Source: Octopus vulgaris
Lineage: Eukaryota
DNA: 64,000 nt
Assembly: GCA_951406725.2 (NCBI GenBank)
Contig: OX597814.1
Span: 168,330,001-168,394,000, forward strand
Direction: 5' to 3'
The notes below the pieces were generated by a model that was not told the origin of the DNA, searched no databases, and saw nothing but the letters and a program-made list of their open reading frames with translations. Every line of letters begins with the position of its first letter. Positions within the stretch are counted from its first letter, which is position 1. A program made the position numbers and the translations under genes. Shown one piece after another: positions 12,585 to 25,741 of this stretch.

Positions 12585-13072
12585 TATGAGGGGGTACTGG
12601 AAAGTTCCTGGCTTTAAGGAAAGGCCTGGCTGGAGGCCCAACCTTCCAAATTCTTCTACAGGGCTTAGAAAAGTTGCAGGACTGCTGCAATAAGTATGTA
12701 AATCTGAGAGGAAAATATGTTGAATAAAATCATAATTAACTGATCCTCCTCCTTATCATCATCATTGTTTAACGTCTGTTTTCCGTGCTAGCATGGGTTG
12801 GACAGTTCGACTGGGGTCTGGGAAGCCAGGAGGCTGCACCAGGCTCCAGTCTGATCTGGCAGTGTTTCTACAGCTGGATGCCCTTCCTAATGCCAACCAC
12901 TCCGTGAGTGTAGTGGGTGCTTTTTATGTGTCACTGGCACAGGTGCCAGGGGTGGCTGGCAGCGGCCACGATCGGTTGGTGCATTCCACCAGCACAGAAG
13001 TCAGTCAAGGCGGCGCTGGCATCCTGTATTTTATTTTACCCAAAGCCAGGAACTTTTCAGCACCCTCTTGTA
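12585..13072 (+). mobile_element. Internally deleted mariner (MITE) interrupted by a family A SINE at about 12753-13020
   Basis: TA-flanked imperfect TIRs (TGAGGGGGTACTGGAAAGTTCCTGGCTTT / AAAGCCAGGAACTTTTCAGCACCCTCTTG). The internal frame LQGLEKLQDCCNKYVNLRGKYVE* is a mariner transposase C-terminus. Confidence 0.8.
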
Positions 13073-13139
13073 GATAAATGTAACCTGTTTAACAGAAGGG
13101 ATACTGCAAAGGTTCATACGGCTTTAAAGATCACTGACT

Positions 13140-14050
13140 AATTAACAAAGCAATAAATGAAGACTGCAAAAGAAAAAGAAGGGTCTGAGCATTGTATAAT
13201 AAATTGGCTACAAGAAAACTCTTGACAGTATTATCTACTTGTGGAATCACTAGTTATGCGTAAAGTAGCACCAGTAATAAGGAGATAGATGAAACGTCAT
13301 GAGAAAATGACAAACAGTTTTGCAGTTACAGACCACCAAATGAATTATAAAAAACTAAACCTGGCTTAATTAGAAGAGGAATCTATCAGGGGACTCACTC
13401 TCTCCACTCTTTTTCTCTTAGCACTTCTTCCTTTACTTTGTCATGTTCAACAGAATTGGACTTGGATACAAATGCTATGGCAAGATAATCAACCACCTTT
13501 TGTATATGAAGTTGTATGCTGCAAACAGTAAACAATGAGAAACACTACTGCAGACAGTACACAGACTCACCAAGGGAATCAGCTCGATATTTGGCTTAGT
13601 AAACTGTGCCCAGGTGACCCTGAAGAAAGGAAAATTATTTAAGAACATTAATATAATTTTTGATAAGGAAACTGAGATAAAGGAATCAGACCACAAAACA
13701 TAGAAATACTTCGGAATCAATACACTAGGGTAAAAAAAAGTGAAAGATCATAGATTTTGCAATTACATATTATAGAGTGGGTTTGCCAGAGTGATGGAAA
13801 GATGGGTGAAAAACAAAGGTGACAATTGTTCCTATAGTAATTGATGCACTTGGCACAACATCCAAACTGCTATCACAGGCGAAGGATATTGGAATTGAGA
13901 CATGTATTAACAGCATGCAGAAATGTGCCATCTATATGCTGCAAGAATCCTTAGAAAGATTCTTGACATTTGTGGAGTTTTGTTGTCACCAAACCTCATG
14001 GTAACATCCCTGCTAATTAAATTAGCGTGTAATAGCTTTTGAATAATAAT
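13140..14050 (+). mobile_element. Decayed R4/Dong-clade non-LTR retrotransposon remnant
   Basis: Frameshifted RT motif RGIYQG/DSLSPLF at about 13376-13420, C-terminal VTIVPIVIDALG...MQKCAI typical of restriction-like endonuclease clades, and a short (TAA)n tail. Confidence 0.6.
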
Positions 14051-14419
14051 TGTTTCAGAAATTTGGTGGGAGGGAAACTGCTGATTAAACAGATCCCAGT
14101 ACTTGATTGATATTTTATTTGATCAAACTCAGATGGATGGAAAAGCTGACCTTGGTTGGATTTGAAATCAGAGTGTGAAGGTCCACAACTATAAGCATTT
14201 TTATGTCAAAAACCTTACAGTGATGTCAAAATGAAAAACAATATCTACATGATAGTATATATTTTTTCTTGTAACCTCTTCATCATCATTGACAAATGTA
14301 ATATACATCACTACATGTTATCTTAGAATTATTTTTGCTCTAGCCAATAGCTTATTTATGTAAATTTAAGTAAATTATAAAAGTCATCATTTTTAAAATT
14401 CAATTCTGTTTCTTCATAG

Positions 14420-14658
14420 ATGCGAAAAGATCTTTTACAATGGGATAGTGCTCTCCAACTTGCTAAAGTTTTAGATCCGGAAAGTATTCCATTCATTTCT
14501 TTGGAGTCAGCTGAAGAATTGGAACTCACTGGGAAATACATGGAAGCCCTTAACCATTATGAACAAGGCATTACCAATCAGAAAGAAGATGAAGAACACA
14601 ATAAAACCTGTGCTGGAGGTACAGCTCGCATGGCCATTCGAATTGGAGATATCAGGCG
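14420..14658 (+). CDS. WDR19: WDR19 exon 4: [27 protein letters not shown]...[11 protein letters not shown]
   Basis: ttcttcatag acceptor, CG|gtaagt donor. Strong match to [27 protein letters not shown]...MSIRMGDIRR. Confidence 0.97.
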
Positions 14659-16116
14659 GTAAGTATTGAGAACCTTGGATCATTTGCTGACAGAAGAAGA
14701 ATGATGTATGTATGTGTGTGTGTATGTGGTGGTGGTGGTGGTGGTGGGGGGGGGGGTCAGAAGAAACCTTGGAAAGTGGACCAGAGTATTTTGTTTATAA
14801 AGTAAGGTAAAGTATAAGTAACTCGGAAGAATATTTAGGTATAAATCACAACTACGAAGATAAGCATATTCTAGCGAAAGAAAGAGTTGCGATTTTATGT
14901 ACAATAAATGGCTGGCATAAGTTGGTGGGTGGCAAATGATATTATATATGGTTTTGTGTGTGTTCCTTTTGTAGTTTCTGAGCAAAATGACAACATATGC
15001 ATACATAGACTATGTATGTATGTGTAATCTGTTAACTTGGAAAGAGAAAAAAAAAAAAAAATCTAGAAGGCAGGTGAAGGGAAAATTTTTAAAAGAAAAA
15101 AAAAGGAAAAAAAAACTAAAGATAAAAACAAAGGACTAACACAAGAAATAAATTGTTCAATATTTAATAGTTTCATTTTCAGTATGATGATTTTTAAAAA
15201 AAATTAAAAACAACAGTATAATATATAATAAATGGTACATTGAAATTTTTTAAAATGTTTTTCAAACAAAAATATCTATTTCATAAAATTCCAGTTTTGT
15301 ATGCATTAAAGCAACTGATGTAGAAAAGAAAAATTGATTTCCATTGAGAAAAAAGCTGAGAAGCAAGTAAAAAGAAAAAAATAGTTATTCTGGAAACTGT
15401 TTCAGTTTCATAGGTTCCAAACACCAGCATACAGCATAATATAGAAACAAAAAAATACTACACAAAAAACAACAAAAAAATGGTGTTTTACAAAATGCTT
15501 CTTAATTCTTGATTGCTTTTAAAATTGATAGAAACATGAATGTAATGTGTTGTATTCAGCATCCGCATTTAATAACCACTTTGCCATCCTTGCATGGATC
15601 AGACAGAATTTGTTGAGGCCTATTTCTCTACAGTGGCATGCATGCTCTTCCTGTCACTAACCCTTGCTTGTTTCCAAGCAAGGTGATGTTTCCCCTTGCC
15701 CTGGCATATTTTTCACAGAAAACTGGAAATGCACAAACTGCTCATTCACAACCATCACATGATGTCAAGATAAGGGTGCACACACACACACACACACACA
15801 CACGTGCATGCACACGCGCGTGCCCACACACATACACACACACACACACACAATGGGCTTCTTTGAGTTTCTATCTACTATATCCATTCACAAGGCTTGG
15901 TTAGCCCAGATCCATAGCAAAAGATACTTGCTGAAGATGCCTCACAGTAGGACTGAACCCAAGGCCACATGGTTGGGAAGCAAGCTTCCAAAGTACATTA
16001 CCATGCCTGCTCTTGTATCTGGCTTGTGTGTATGTATGTATGTCTATAAATACACATGCGCACAAACACACACGCCTGCACACAGATGCATACACCCCCT
16101 CACACACACACACACA

Positions 16117-16360
16117 TAGTGGGTGTGGTGAATAAACTGTCGTCTAAATCATGCAAAAATGAAAATAACACTGACATCTCATTTTAACAGATATATTTAC
16201 CAAAATTACATAAAAATATCTTTAAATACTAAAGAGTAAATTTATTCAATAAAATCGCCATTGGCTTCGATTATGACCTCCAGACAACTTCAGAATCTCC
16301 TGCAACTCTTCTTCATATATATTATTATTTGATTGAATGCCATGCATCCATTTCCAAGTA
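16117..16360 (-). mobile_element. Tc1/mariner (DD37D/maT-like) 3' remnant
   Basis: Minus frame KKSCRRF*SCLEVIIEANGDFIE* resembles the CxRFRxRLEAVIEANGxFIE C-terminus. Confidence 0.6.
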
Positions 16361-16361
16361 A

Positions 16362-16418
<57 letters not shown>

Positions 16419-18036
16419 CACACACACACTAACAATGCATCCTGGCATTGCCTGGGTGTTATGACCTACAAGCACATTGTATTATTTGCTCTTGTATTAT
16501 TAGTGAAGGGTGAGGGTACAATTTGCATGAAAGTGCTTTCTGTTCTTAAGAAGGATCAGAAACTATGTATTGTTTCATCGTATAAAAGGGGGTCAATACG
16601 ATTTTGTCCAGAAATCACGTTTTCAATATCTAAATTTCCTCCTATACCCAACGCAATTTCTTAATTTGTAACTTTTTTTCAAATTTTTTTGTTGTGTATG
16701 TAGAAAAATACAGAGAATATGAATCTGGGAAATACACACACACACATACACACACATATACACATTTTTTATGGTTTAATTTTTCTTAAAGAAACACTCA
16801 ATGCTCCTTCCTCCACCTCACCCACCCATCACCTATCAGCTTCCAAAAAGCTAAAATCTCCCAATCTTTCACTTTTGACTGATGTTTCCCATGTGCGTAG
16901 AATTCTACTGAGATAGTAGACTTAAAAAATACCAGACCACCACCGGAAAATCTGACATACTAGAAACAACAGGTAAATGATATTATTTCTGAAGAAACTT
17001 CCTTGTTTTCCAAAAAGCTAAAATGATACCAGAGAGCATGATAAGAAGGATGAGTCTGTGAAACATGTTTAAAGTTGTTATCTCGAATACGAATGAGAAT
17101 ATCATGATTTTCCATGGGATCACCAACCATAAGGATGGCTACTTCATTAGATGTGGGTTCCTTAAAACAGTGTAAAATGTTCTTTACTATCGTTTACTAT
17201 GGAGGTAAGGAACACATACACACACCCATAGAATTGATAATATTGAAAACAGCAAAATATACACATATGAAGTTCAAGCATTTTTTTCCAGATATATTTG
17301 AGAGTGAGTGTTGTTAAATCAGCCAAAAGTTTCATGTTGGTAGTACTTCAAAGTGAACGCAGTTGTTTGTTTAAAGTCCAGGATACAACTAAACTTTCAA
17401 TATTGGTGTGTTTCACTGTTGGGTGGAAAAAAGTTACACACACACACACATTAATGCACACCTGAAGCCTATCTCTGTCCCTGTGCATGTAGGTCATCAC
17501 AAAAATGTATGTATACTCACAGACACATACACCATCATACACATATGCTTGTCAGTTGTCAACCTAACGTAGGTAATGAACGCATGAACACACTCATAGA
17601 AAATGTGACATCATTGTTGTTGCGGTGGTGATATAAAATGTTTACAATAGGTTACTAAAAGAAAAATGCAATGTTAAATTTTTGTAATGCAAATATGTGA
17701 ATGAAAATGTAGTTTATTTGGTAGCCAAAAGCCTATTGAATCTTTTGTTACCCAATACATCAACATTGGCAACTCAGTTTTGGAATGCATAACGAACATA
17801 CGCACACATTCACGCACATACAAATTCTCATATATATATATATATGTATATACATGCATGTATATGAATAGCTTCTATTAGTTTCCATCTACCAGGTCCA
17901 CTCACAAGGATTTGGTTTGTTGGTCTGAGGTTGTAGTAGAAGACACTTGTTCAAAGTGCCATGCTATGGAACTGAACCCTAAACCATGTGGTTGGAAAGC
18001 AAGCTTCTTACGACACAGCTATGCCTTCTCTCTCTC

Positions 18037-18067
<31 letters not shown>

Positions 18068-19378
18068 TTTAGCCATGAAAGAGTTAAGCACTCTCAGACT
18101 CTTAAGAAATTATTCAAGTTTACAGATGTGTGCAGTTCTTGGTAATACTCTGTCTTCATACATACAAAAATTTGAGTAATAAAAAAAGAAAAAAAAAAGA
18201 GAGAGAAATATTAAAAACGGGATAATCATCTGGAAAACTTGTCTATTCAATAGCTTGTCTATTGAAAATATTTTCAAGAATTATTGTTTTTATATAGCTT
18301 GGCTCTAAGCTTTGTCTCGATGGAAATGAAATGTCTTTTTTCTACATTAGCTATTCTATAGGAAATCAAATGGAATTTTATAAAAACTAAATTTCTGTAT
18401 GAAGAATACTCAAATAAAATTTCATGTACCGCTTATGTTTTTCATTCTTCAAAATCATCAAACTGAAAATGAAATTGCTATAAATTGCAACATTGAATCC
18501 TGATGTGTTTTTTTGTTTGTTTTTCTTTTATGTCTGAGGTTTCTTTTCATCAATTTTTTCTGAATAATTATTTTTCCTTGTCATTTACCACATAAAGATA
18601 CTTCTTTTTCTCTTTGAGTAAGTAAATTGAATAAGCAAGCATACCTCCCTCTCTCCTTCTCTCTATACATATATACATACATACATACATACATACATAC
18701 ATAGATAAATATATGTATATATACATACAGATGTATATATCATATACATATATGCACACACACACACACATCATATACATACATAAACGCATTTGTGTGT
18801 ATTTTTATATAAATACGTATATTGTGTGTAAATACTTGTCTAAGGCATCTGACTGTAGAAAATCTACCTCAAAGAATTTCATCTGACCAATGCAAGCTTG
18901 GAAAATTGGATGTTAAAATAATAATGATGATGATGATGGTGTTTTTACATGTATAAATATATTTGTATCTGTATGTTTGTAAATATGTATTTGTGTGTGT
19001 GTGTGTGTGTTTACAATCAACCACATACTTATGTATGCATATGACCAAGTAAGTGTGTTTGCTTTAGAGCACATATATTTGCAAACCAAAGAAAGAGATG
19101 CTTTTAACACAGCTCATTTATTTTTTCCCATAGTAAATTAATGCTTTAGATTGCACCCCTGCTACTTCATTGCCTAAAACATGGGTATATGCTTTGTTTA
19201 AATTTTTTTTCCACATTTTTGTATGTCTATATGACAATCATGTGTATATGTGAGTATATGCTTATAAATAAATATAATTGCATATATCCTTATATGCATA
19301 TATATTTATGCTAACCTGGTAACTATTTATCTATTTTTTCCGTGTTAATTGTTAACAAGGGAAAAATACACACATCTA

Positions 19379-19443
<65 letters not shown>

Positions 19444-19607
19444 AAATGGGCTTATTGTGTATACATACTTACATACATATGTGCATACATATATGTGTAC
19501 ATGCATGCATGAATTTGTATATGTGTGTATGTGTGTGTGTTTACGAACTTGTTTATGTGTGCAAGTATATATACTCATGTACTTACCATTGTATGTTCTA
19601 ATGCACT

Positions 19608-19855
19608 AGTTTTCTACTGGGGTCAATTTGGCCCTTGGGGGTCCATATAAGATTCGTGGTTAAAATTTATGGGCAATAAATTGATTATACTTCCACAATA
19701 TACAACATATTTTACTTTTTTATGCAATTCCAAATAATATTTCATTATAAAAATGTAGCAGGATTTTTTTAATATGCATTGAATGGCTATGGGGGTCCAG
19801 TAGAATAAAACAGGAATCAAAAGGGTCCATAGGCAAAAATGATAGAGAACCACTG
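19608..19855. mobile_element. hAT-type MITE, decayed
   Basis: Right end GAGAACCACTG is a hAT-like TIR, with repeated GGGGTCCA subterminal motifs. The left TIR is degenerate. Confidence 0.45.
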
Positions 19856-20837
19856 TTCTAATGTGTATACACAGCCCTTTGTAGCTTCATATTTTGTATG
19901 TGTATAAGTATGAACATGTCTAGGCATACATATGTTTTATATGTATGTCTAAGTGTATTTGCATTTCTTGTCAGGTATGTGTGACTATATTCTTACATGT
20001 GTGTTTATATGATTTAGTTTCACTATATTTTATTATTTTATTCCATTTTTCTCTTCCAATCCTTTACTTAACAGGAAGATTTTGAAACTTTTTGGCTGTC
20101 AGTGACTCTACAGTTATTAATTTTTGATTGAAGATACCAGAAAAAAAATTCATAAATCCACCTTTCATAAACTGTGAATTAATGATTTTTAAGTTAGTAT
20201 GATAAGTGCCAAGCATGAAAGTTCTAGCCTGGAGTCACTTATCTAACTTTACAGCCAATTAAAAATGTATATATACTATGTATTATTGAGTTCTTTTTCT
20301 CCTGTTTGTTGTACAAACCTAGTTATAGTTATACATATATATAAATATATATATGTATGTATGTATGTGTGTGTGTGTGTGTGTAAATTATTTTCTAAAT
20401 TCTGGTGATATGTCATGCAATTTAAATTACACTATAGATTTATATATGTGTGTATATATGTTCATATGTGCACACATATGTATATATGTGTGTGTGCATA
20501 CATGTATATACATATATGTGTGCATGTGTATATACATGTGTGTATGTGTGTGTGTGTATATATATATATATGTATGTGTGCATGTCTATACATATGTACA
20601 TCTGTTTATATAACTACACACACATGCATATATTTGTACTATTTACATATGTGCTATATATTCATGTGCATATATGAATATATATACACACACATATATA
20701 CATATAAATGTGTATATATCTATCTATGTATGTATATGTGTGTATATATATACATATGTGTGTGTGTGTTAAATAAAGTGAGACAACAAAGCCAAGGCTG
20801 TGTGGAAATTTCAGGACATTTATAAAAAGACAGTTAG

Positions 20838-20883
20838 TCTTACAGCTGTTTCTGGGATATTAGGGATATCCCTTCATCAGAGA
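20838..20883 (-). ncRNA. Minimal type I hammerhead motif
   Basis: Minus strand reads TCT CTGATGA a GGGATAT-cccta-ATATCCC a GAAA CAGCTG TA AGA. The 10.1/11.1 position is an A-A mismatch. Confidence 0.72.
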
Positions 20884-21358
20884 TGATGTGTGATGGTTAA
20901 ATAGAGGGAAATATTAGAGTTCAATATAAGGAGTTATTTTGGAAAAGGAAGCAAATAAGGATTCTTTTAGATACGAGAAACACAGTAAGTCTACAACATT
21001 CGCCAGTCACATATGTCATCTCAAAAATAGGAATATTTCCTACATCTTGTCATGATCCATAATAGATTCAGGGCTTCCATACCAAGGCCAACGCTTAGCC
21101 TGTAAGTTATGTCTAAAAGAGGCATTCCACATATTAAAACACAACTTTTCAATACTACTAAGTAAATATAATGAGGCCCTAGGTACATGCAACCACCGCT
21201 TTTTCCATACCTTCAAATATATACATCTTTATACATTTTTATTTTTATCTCTGCATTCATTCTCTTATGTCCCTATATGCTCCTTATTTGCTTCATTTTC
21301 CAAAATAACTCCTCATATTGAACTCTAATATTTTCCTCTATTTAACCATCACATATCA

Positions 21359-21404
21359 TTTCTGATGAAGGGATATCCCTAATATCCCAGAAACAGCTGT
21401 AAGA
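21359..21404 (+). ncRNA. Minimal type I hammerhead motif, sense to WDR19
   Basis: TTT CTGATGA a GGGATAT-cccta-ATATCCC a GAAA CAGCTG TA AGA; the predicted cleavage triplet is GTA at 21399-21401. Confidence 0.72.
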
Positions 21405-23058
21405 CTAACTTTCTCTTTATAAATGTCCTGAAAATTCCACACAGCTTTGGCTTTGTTGTCTCATGTTGTATCATCATGGCATCGAAGAGAGCAGAGGGTT
21501 TGGTCTGGGACATGTTTGTGCATTGTGAATGTGTCTGATGGCCAAAGCGGTCTTCTACACAGAAACAGACCTTGGTGAATAGGTCTAGGGTACTGAATCA
21601 GTCTGGGCTTGGCATCCAGTGTGATGATTGCTGGCTTCATGAAGCAATTGTGGATGTTTGGTGCTGGTGGTGTACCAATAAAAGTGGTGCACAATTTTAT
21701 GTGGTACAAAAACTGACTCCAGTACAGTTCCAAAACTCATCACTGACTGGTTTTAGTGACTGCATTGCAGGCTCCCTGCTAAAAAGGTAGTGCTCAGCTT
21801 CAGAGAGAGGTAAGTTTATAGGGAAAATGACAATAGTAAATGGCATAGTGGAGGTTGACAGAGGCCATATTGTATTGGATGGATGGAGTAACTAGAGGTG
21901 GAATAGGAAGGTGTTGTGTGAGCAAAGGTTGTGGTAGAGGGGTGGGAAGGACGGGTGGAAGAAGGGGGGATGGAAGGAGTATAGATAAGATGGGGAAAGG
22001 AGAAATATGGAGATTGGAAGAGGGTATAGTGAGAGTTAGGTATAGAAGAGAGGCAGGGAACAGCAGCTAATGAAGAGGTGGGATAGAGGAGTGAATAAAG
22101 TTTTTGAATCTTTATGGAGATTATATAATGTAAAAGTAAACAATTTGGTGGCCAAAGCAAAATATTGAGTGAGGAGAGGGTAACAAATGTAAGAGAAGGA
22201 GGAGGGCCTAGGGAAGATGACAGTTGAGGGTGGGATTTGGGAGAGGGGGATGAGGCAACCAGGAGAAGTTTGAGAGGAGCAGGAAAAGATGGGTTTAATG
22301 GATTGGGTAGAGAAGGAGGTGGGGGTGAAAGTAGAGTCAGAACCCAGGTGGTGGGGAGGGGCTAAAGCATGGATGCAAGGGACATAGATGGTGTAATGTT
22401 TCAGAGAAGAGGACATGAGTGAAGTGAAGAGGAGGTGATGTTTGAAGCAGAAAATAGGAGCTGGGTGTGAGGAAACAGTTGAAGGTGGAAATGCTGGTCA
22501 CTGATGAAGGTACAGTGGTTAAGCTTGTTAGGATCAAGAAGGGATAAGAAAGAGCAAAAGCAGAAAAACAAATGAAAAAAATTATGAGAAAGGTGGAAGG
22601 AAAAAGGATCTGGAAAATATGGGGAAAGGAAATGAGACAAGAAATTTGGGAGGAGAGAAGGGAAAATTCTTAAAGAGAAAGTTAAAGAAAAAGGAGAGAG
22701 AAAGAAAGAGAGTAAGTCAACAAGGTTCTGGGAAGTTAGTGCAGTGCAAAAAGCAGTAAGAAAATATCCAAAGTAATCCAGGTGATCATCCAATGTAGAG
22801 TTTTAAGGGGGAAATCAAAGTTGGGAGTTTTGAGGTTGAATCTAGAGGAAATCTATGTAATCATTAAAAATATACTGTTAGGTCAATAAGCATTAAAAAG
22901 AACAAGCACAAGTGTTTTGCCATAGATAACATTCATGGCTACCCCACATTATATAAGTGGGGGTGGGAGTAGCTGGGAAGAAGATAAAGATGGTGGTGAT
23001 GAGGTGGCAGTACAAGTTTGATGAATATGGTATTAGTTTGAGGCTCAAACAGCTGAAA

Positions 23059-23470
23059 TCATCATCATCATCATTTAACACCCGCTTTCCATGCTAGCAT
23101 GGGTTGGCCGATGTGACTGAGAATTGGCAAACCAGATGGCTGTGCCAGGCTCCAATCTGAACTGGCAGAGTTTCTACAGCTGGATGCCCTTCTTAACGCC
23201 AACCACTCTGAGAGTGTAGTGGGTGCTTTTACGTGCCACCGGCACGAGGGCCAGTCTGGCGGTACTGGCAATGGCCATGCTCGAAATGGTGTTTTTTATG
23301 TGCCACCTGCACAGGAGTCAGTCTAGCGGCACTGGCAACGACCTCGCTCGAATGTCTTGTTCACGTGCCACCAGCACAAGTGCCAGTAAGGCAACGCTGG
23401 TAATGATCATGCTCAAATGGTGCTTTTTATGTGCCACTGTCATGGAAGCCAGACAGCTGCTCTAGCAGTG
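23059..23470 (-). mobile_element. Family A (GAT)n-tailed SINE-like element
   Basis: Homologous to 719-1300, including the tandem units. Confidence 0.85.
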
Positions 23471-23980
23471 TGGGCACTGACCTTTCATTAGCAAGAAGAA
23501 AAAAAAGGAAGCATAGGGAGAGGGAGGGAGAGAAAAAATAGTTAGGATATAAAAGGTAATTAGAAAATTACAAAGTTAAATTTACAAAAACCAAAATTAA
23601 AAATTAAAATAAAAATGGGCAAAAGGGACACAGGAGGAAAGTGAAGGGTTAGGATACAGAAACTTATTTCTACAACAACTATTTACTATTCTAGTAGTTC
23701 TTTTGAACAACTCATTCCTTTTGAGCTGTGAAAGGCTGGTTTGGTAGCTATTTGTAGTTGATGATACACAACAACACAGAAATGCATGTATCCTGTGATC
23801 CAGTGACATCATTTGCAGCCCAGTGTACTTTTACATGTTGTCTAGCAGGAGAAGTTTTTTCTCAAGACTATTTATGCAGTGAAAGGCCTTCTCCTGTCTG
23901 AGTGTACTTGAATGTGTTAAATATAATTTTACACAAATATATCTGTATATTTCATTCAGTGTGATGTTGTGTGATTTTAG

Positions 23981-24022
<42 letters not shown>

Positions 24023-24236
24023 TTGTTGAAATGGAAAGATGAATTATCTTGTTACGGATTATTCAAAAGTTTAACCGATACCTGGGTAGCAAAAATCACA
24101 GCAGAAAAAACACGGTTGGAGATAAGACCATATGGTGTTGCAACCGTGCGTTGGTGCGGATAATTGAAGTTTAATATAATTAGTGAATGGAAGAAATGGA
24201 GTTGAGCGAAGATTGTACAGAATTCCTTTTATTACA

Positions 24237-24316
24237 TTCTACACATGTTTCAAAGGCCACAATTTTCCAAATTCTGATTAAATAAGGATACCATATTGCA
24301 GCTTTCTCTTCAGGAA
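24237..24316 (-). ncRNA. Type I hammerhead motif (mirror copy)
   Basis: Reverse complement of 24502-24581. Confidence 0.72.
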
Positions 24317-24501
24317 AAACCAGGAATTACGTTGTCAGAACAAAACAAAACAGAGGCGCAGCAAAGCAATTCGAACGAGGACGCTCCTTAAGAGCCCATG
24401 GGTAAAAATCTTTTACCCATGGGCTCTTAAGGAGCGTCCTCGTTCGAATTGCTTTGCTGCGCCTCTGTTTTGTTTTGTTCTGACAACGTAATTCCTGGTT
24501 T

Positions 24502-24581
24502 TTCCTGAAGAGAAAGCTGCAATATGGTATCCTTATTTAATCAGAATTTGGAAAATTGTGGCCTTTGAAACATGTGTAGAA
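24502..24581 (+). ncRNA. Type I hammerhead motif, sense to WDR19
   Basis: TTC CTGAAGA GAAAGCTGCAAT...ATTGTGGCCTTT GAAA CATGTG TA GAA: 12-position stem II with one mismatch, 3-bp stem I, self-complementary stem III. Confidence 0.75.
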
Positions 24582-24635
24582 TGTAATAAAAGGAATTCTG
24601 TACAATCTTCGCTCAACTCCATTTCTTCCATTCAC

Positions 24636-24690
<55 letters not shown>

Positions 24691-24769
24691 GAGAGAGAGA
24701 GAGAATGATACCTTGCACACACATGTGCATGTATGGAATATATATATATATAGAGAGAGGTATATGTAT

Positions 24770-24996
24770 ATTTCTTTATTGCCCACAAGGGGCTAAACAT
24801 AGAGGGGACAAACAAGGACAGACAAAGAGATTAAATCGATTACATCTACCCCAGTGCGTAACTGGTACTAAATTTATCAACCCTGAAAGGATGAAAGGCA
24901 AAATCGACCTTGGCAGAATTTGACCTCAGAACGTAATGGCAGACGAAATACCGCTAAGCATTTCGCCTGGTGTGCTAACATTTCTGCCAGATCGCC
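24770..24996 (-). mobile_element. SINE family B (Meta-domain-like), near full length
   Basis: Homologous to the copies at 11303, 54218 and 62210. Confidence 0.85.
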
Positions 24997-25741
24997 TTAT
25001 ATATATATATATATATGGGGATCTATATACACGTTAATATAAACATGTGCATATATATATGTCTGTGTATATGTATATACAAAATTGGTCCCTTGTAAGG
25101 TACCAGGGTCTAAGTTTGAATCATCTGAGTACTGCTAAGTGCTTTCTATACTGAAAATTTCTGGATCTCGTTTGTTCACTATAAATACATATATACATAT
25201 ATGTATATACAGCCATGTATACACATAACATACATATATAAATGTCAAGAATTGGGCTATAAAAATTAGACTTGGTCAATTTAACTTTGCATTTAAGAAC
25301 CATGAGATTATCTTTATGTTCGTTTTCAATTCCATTAACAATATAGGAAACAAACCATACAGCGCTGTATATCTTAGCTATAATGTTGCTTCAACATTTG
25401 CTATTACAAAACTCTCAGGCATAACGGACATATCACCACATCCCTCCTTCTGTTCTCTCTCTCCATTCTTTTTTTTTTCAGCTCTTCTAAAATGTTCCCT
25501 ATATATATCTCATCCTCTCTGAACCATTACCTATAATGGGAAAAACTGAAAATAAAAGTAAGATCAAAGCTTTATAAATCAACTATTACTGCTACTCTTC
25601 TTCCCATTTTAGATATCATAGCTGCTCAATAAAAGATCTCTTGGAATGGCTACAACAAGGCTGAGCTGTTAAAATCTTGTGATGGTTATTTATGGCTGGT
25701 CTCTTAGCTGTGTTATTCATGTTCATGTTTCTATTTTCCAG

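Larger units (their letters stand above)
20779..21463 (+). mobile_element. Penelope-like element remnant: inverted pseudo-LTR, GIY-YIG C-terminus, pseudo-LTR
   Basis: About 183-bp inverted arms (20779-20961 and 21281-21463), each with a hammerhead motif. The spacer frame from 20963 reads SFRYEKHSKSTTFASHICHLKNRNISYILS*SIIDSGLPYQGQRLACKLCLKEAFHILKHNFSILLSKYNEALGTCNH. Confidence 0.85.
24174..24644. mobile_element. Perfect palindrome (234-bp arms, 3-nt loop ATC at 24408-24410) carrying two hammerheads; probable PLE pseudo-LTR fold-back, flanked by (TA)n
   Basis: The arms read as reverse complements about centre 24409. (TA)n tracts lie at about 23983-24018 and 24640-24687. Confidence 0.85.

Noticed and set aside
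21053-21055. In-frame TGA in the Naiad-type peptide as a possible selenocysteine codon
   Set aside because: It falls at the conserved Trp position (TGG to TGA), not a Cys position, and the copy has other decay mutations.
21830-22800. Purine-rich stretch with several minus-strand Ser/Pro/Phe-rich ORFs
   Set aside because: Low-complexity strand skew with no recognisable domain or splice pattern; probably a decayed element I cannot classify.
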